DNA of 64,000 nucleotides from Macrostomum lignano (taxonomy: Eukaryota). The position numbers and the translations under genes are program-made. This document shows positions 61,311 to 64,000 of the stretch, one piece after another; the stretch's first letter is position 1, and each line of letters begins with the position of its first letter. The stretch covers positions 62,001-126,000 of the forward strand of contig NIVC01002114.1 in assembly GCA_002269645.1 (NCBI GenBank). Reading direction: 5' to 3'. The notes under the pieces are model-generated. The model worked only from the letters and a program-made list of their open reading frames with translations. It was not told where the DNA came from and made no database searches.

Positions 61311-63538
61311 CCGTCTTGTTTTCACTTGTGTGTACATGGAGTTAAATGCTTGTTATTCATTCTTAACCCCACAGTGCTACTGAGGCCGCAAACTCTGAAG
61401 GAAAGGAAATTTTAGCCGCCGGCCACAATAAATTTTTAGGGCACCTCCGCAGGCATACTACTGAAAAAAAGACTAAAACATACGCTCTGCTTTTTCACAA
61501 CTTCAATTGCGAGTGACATATCTACGGGCTAGGTATTTTAGTACCTACTACGCTAGTATATGGTCGCAACAGTTTCAAAAGAAGTTTCCATCAAAAAAGC
61601 CAAATCTTAAATGACTGATGATATTTGTACAGTACATGTACATACATTTACTCTTGCTCCTGTCCCTATTTTTAAAGTTTTAATTCGATTCTACCATAAG
61701 ATAAAAGCTTTCCTAACAAATGCACAATCCAATCGTACGTGTTTTGTAAACTATAATTCAATAACTTAATGTCACGCTGAATTCACGTGTATTTCTTCAT
61801 TATGAGGTGCACAATGTATAGACTTTAACACATGCTACGCCACCTTTGTTGCGATTGATGTATTGTTTCTTTTCCTGTGCATCCATCCCGTACAACGTAG
61901 CGACGTCCGCTAATTTGGATCCGACGTACCAATGCGAGGTCGATGGATCGATGTCGCTGGATAAAATTGCTATTCTTAAATTGCAACAGCGAATAAAGAC
62001 GCATAGGTGGGCCGAACATACATGTATATGGTGTGATAAGACTCATACCCATTTTCAAGCGCTGCGCCAAAACGCCAAAACGTCCATTTACTGTTACGGT
62101 ACTTAATTGCTTCTTTTTAGCGTCTTGACTGTGTCTATCAATGTTATGTTTTTGTGTGCTTTTATTGTACTTTATGCATGCATGTAAAAAGGGCACGATG
62201 TACATGGTATTACCGAAATAACTAAAAACACGATGATAACATATAGCATGAACATGCAACTATCAAATAACGTGTGAAGAATTTACGAAAGTCTTCCTAC
62301 ATGTTTATTACATGTAACTTAATGTGCACGGATCATTGCGACGCTATAATTATTGCATTTTTGCGATTCGAATCATGCAAATTTTACTGTACTTAAGTCG
62401 CATCGTGTAAATGTACAATATGCAGATTTGGATTTATTTTATTGCACAAAATTCATGTTTGTTTCACGAAAATAAAGGAGCTGGGACAATTAATGTCACT
62501 CAATCCAGCCCAATCGGAATACGCATGCTGCCAAAAAGTAGGGAGAAAAAGTGATAATTTTTCGTTTTACCAGGCCCGCGCGCGTGCTCATTAAATATAG
62601 TTATACTGCTGTTTTTCTTGGAAGATCCGAACCGATTCTGATTCTGGAGTTGGTAATATGTGAGTGGGGGCAGAGAATTAAAGAAAAATAGTTTTTTTAG
62701 GGGTAAGTTGGTAAAGTATGCAATGCTCTGAGGTGGAGGTTTCAGTTAGCATGCAAGCAATTAATTATTAATATTCGAGTATTATTCGAGTATTATTTCA
62801 CGTGAAATAATTAGTTATTTCAGTTATTTGTAAAAGTTATTGTTGTTACTGTTATATTGTAAACTGTACTGGGGTGTAGGCGGTTTTCTAATGTTTGAAT
62901 TGCCGCCTGCGAATTGTCTCGGCACTCGGAAAGCCGGAAAATTTCTCGAGTTGATGCACTGATTTTTCTCCTTGGTTACTACGTCTGCCGGGGTCCTCAA
63001 TTCCGGGGGGAGGGTAGTTGTAATCGCAGTCGAGTGGTCTTTTAGCGGCACGGTTGTTCAAATTGGGTCCTCAGACACCGTAAAATTCGTGATCTGTCGA
63101 TATGCTCGATTTGTTACTATCAGTAGTAAAGTAGCGCTGCCACCACCGTAATTTCGTATTACGGAACGATAAGGGTCTCAGAGCTTTCTTTGAGTTGAGA
63201 CTAATTGGTTATTTTACGCCCCCGCGGGCAAATGACTCAATATAGACTAAAGGCTTCGATTAAGTACAACTGAATAAATATTAGATGATTGGTTATAATT
63301 ATTATTATTATGTTCGCAAGGTAATTGTTAAAGCAAATTATGTTTATTAGAGATATTGAAACAAGTTATTAAGCTGACTATGACGGGGTGATTCGGCGTG
63401 GACCGAGAGTTGCTCAGACTAAGTTAAATTTCTGCGGTAAGCCCAAAATATCAAACAAATGAACTAATTAACTCCACAAAAGACAAAACACGGGGAAGGA
63501 GGGAAGAAGGGAAGAAACACCAAAACAAACACGCTTAA

Positions 63539-64000
63539 AAAAGAGAGCGACAGGCAAACGGTTACATACATCAAAATTCGCTTACTTCAAAGAGGGGAAC
63601 AAAGAGGGGAACACCGGGTGGGGCACAAGCACAAGCTGGAAAAAAGGGGGCAAAACCCGGGAAAAACATTAAAACAAGGGCGGGACCAAGGGAAGGAGCA
63701 GCAGGGGGAACAAAGGTGGGAACGGAACGGGGGCCTACGGCCGACCTTCAAGAGGTGCCCCTGTTCTTAACTAACGGACCGTACCACCACCGAGCCTGCG
63801 AAGAAGACCAAGAGAACGCGTCGAACTCCGAAAACCTTCTATCCGTCATGCGACTCCGCGGCGGCAACAGTGATATCTCAGTCCACCGCCGCCGGCCGCG
63901 TAGGAGACACAGGAGAGCAGCGTCGCGCAAAGCCGAGCCGGTCCAAGAGCTCCTCGTGCAGTTTAACTGCAATGGCATCAAAAGCCGTAATACGGAGCTG
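63539..64000 (+). mobile_element. 5' part of an APE-type non-LTR retrotransposon ORF running off the window edge
   Basis: Frame open from 63539 to 64000; first ATG at 63848 gives MRLRGGNSDISVHRRRPRRRHRRAASRKAEPVQELLVQFNCNGIKSRNTEL. LLVQFNCNGIKSR..EL matches the start of LINE APE endonucleases (xxQWNCNGLxxKxxEL). Only 17 aa of the domain are visible. Confidence 0.7.

Overview
Eukaryotic (metazoan) genomic DNA with GT-AG introns and very dense tandem repeats. The style resembles a free-living flatworm such as Macrostomum, but that is an unverified inference. Host genes: an intronless rhodopsin-type orphan GPCR (+, 1483-2616); four exons of an NFXL1-type zinc-finger gene (-, 8559-4554; one 1-bp frameshift, 3' exons not found in the window); a complete 4-exon MFSD6-like transporter (-, 15579-11571); an intronless RPL28 (+, 23554-23943); a 5-exon DUF4806-like gene with one frameshift (-, 35560-33826); and an 8-exon, 7-cadherin-repeat protocadherin ending in a PDZ-binding motif (+, 49962-60932). 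Mobile DNA: two 5'-truncated RTE-like LINE copies with TSDs and (TTG)n tails, a decayed Penelope-like GIY-YIG fragment, several hAT/MITE/foldback elements, a tRNA-headed CORE-like SINE, and the 5' start of an APE-type LINE at the right edge. A 9.5-kb 183-bp satellite (about 52 copies) and many mini- and microsatellites fill the introns and spacers. Most interesting: (1) a ubiquitin C-terminus mimic (LLSVMRLRGG) in frame just ahead of the LINE endonuclease; (2) a 3-kb protocadherin intron made of a 213-bp palindrome plus six head-to-tail 273-bp Helitron-like units that appear to seed (TATC)n arrays; (3) a 183-bp satellite with Helentron/HINE-like flanks; (4) a CpG-poor, TAGGCCTA-rich domain at about 14.5-23.5 kb.
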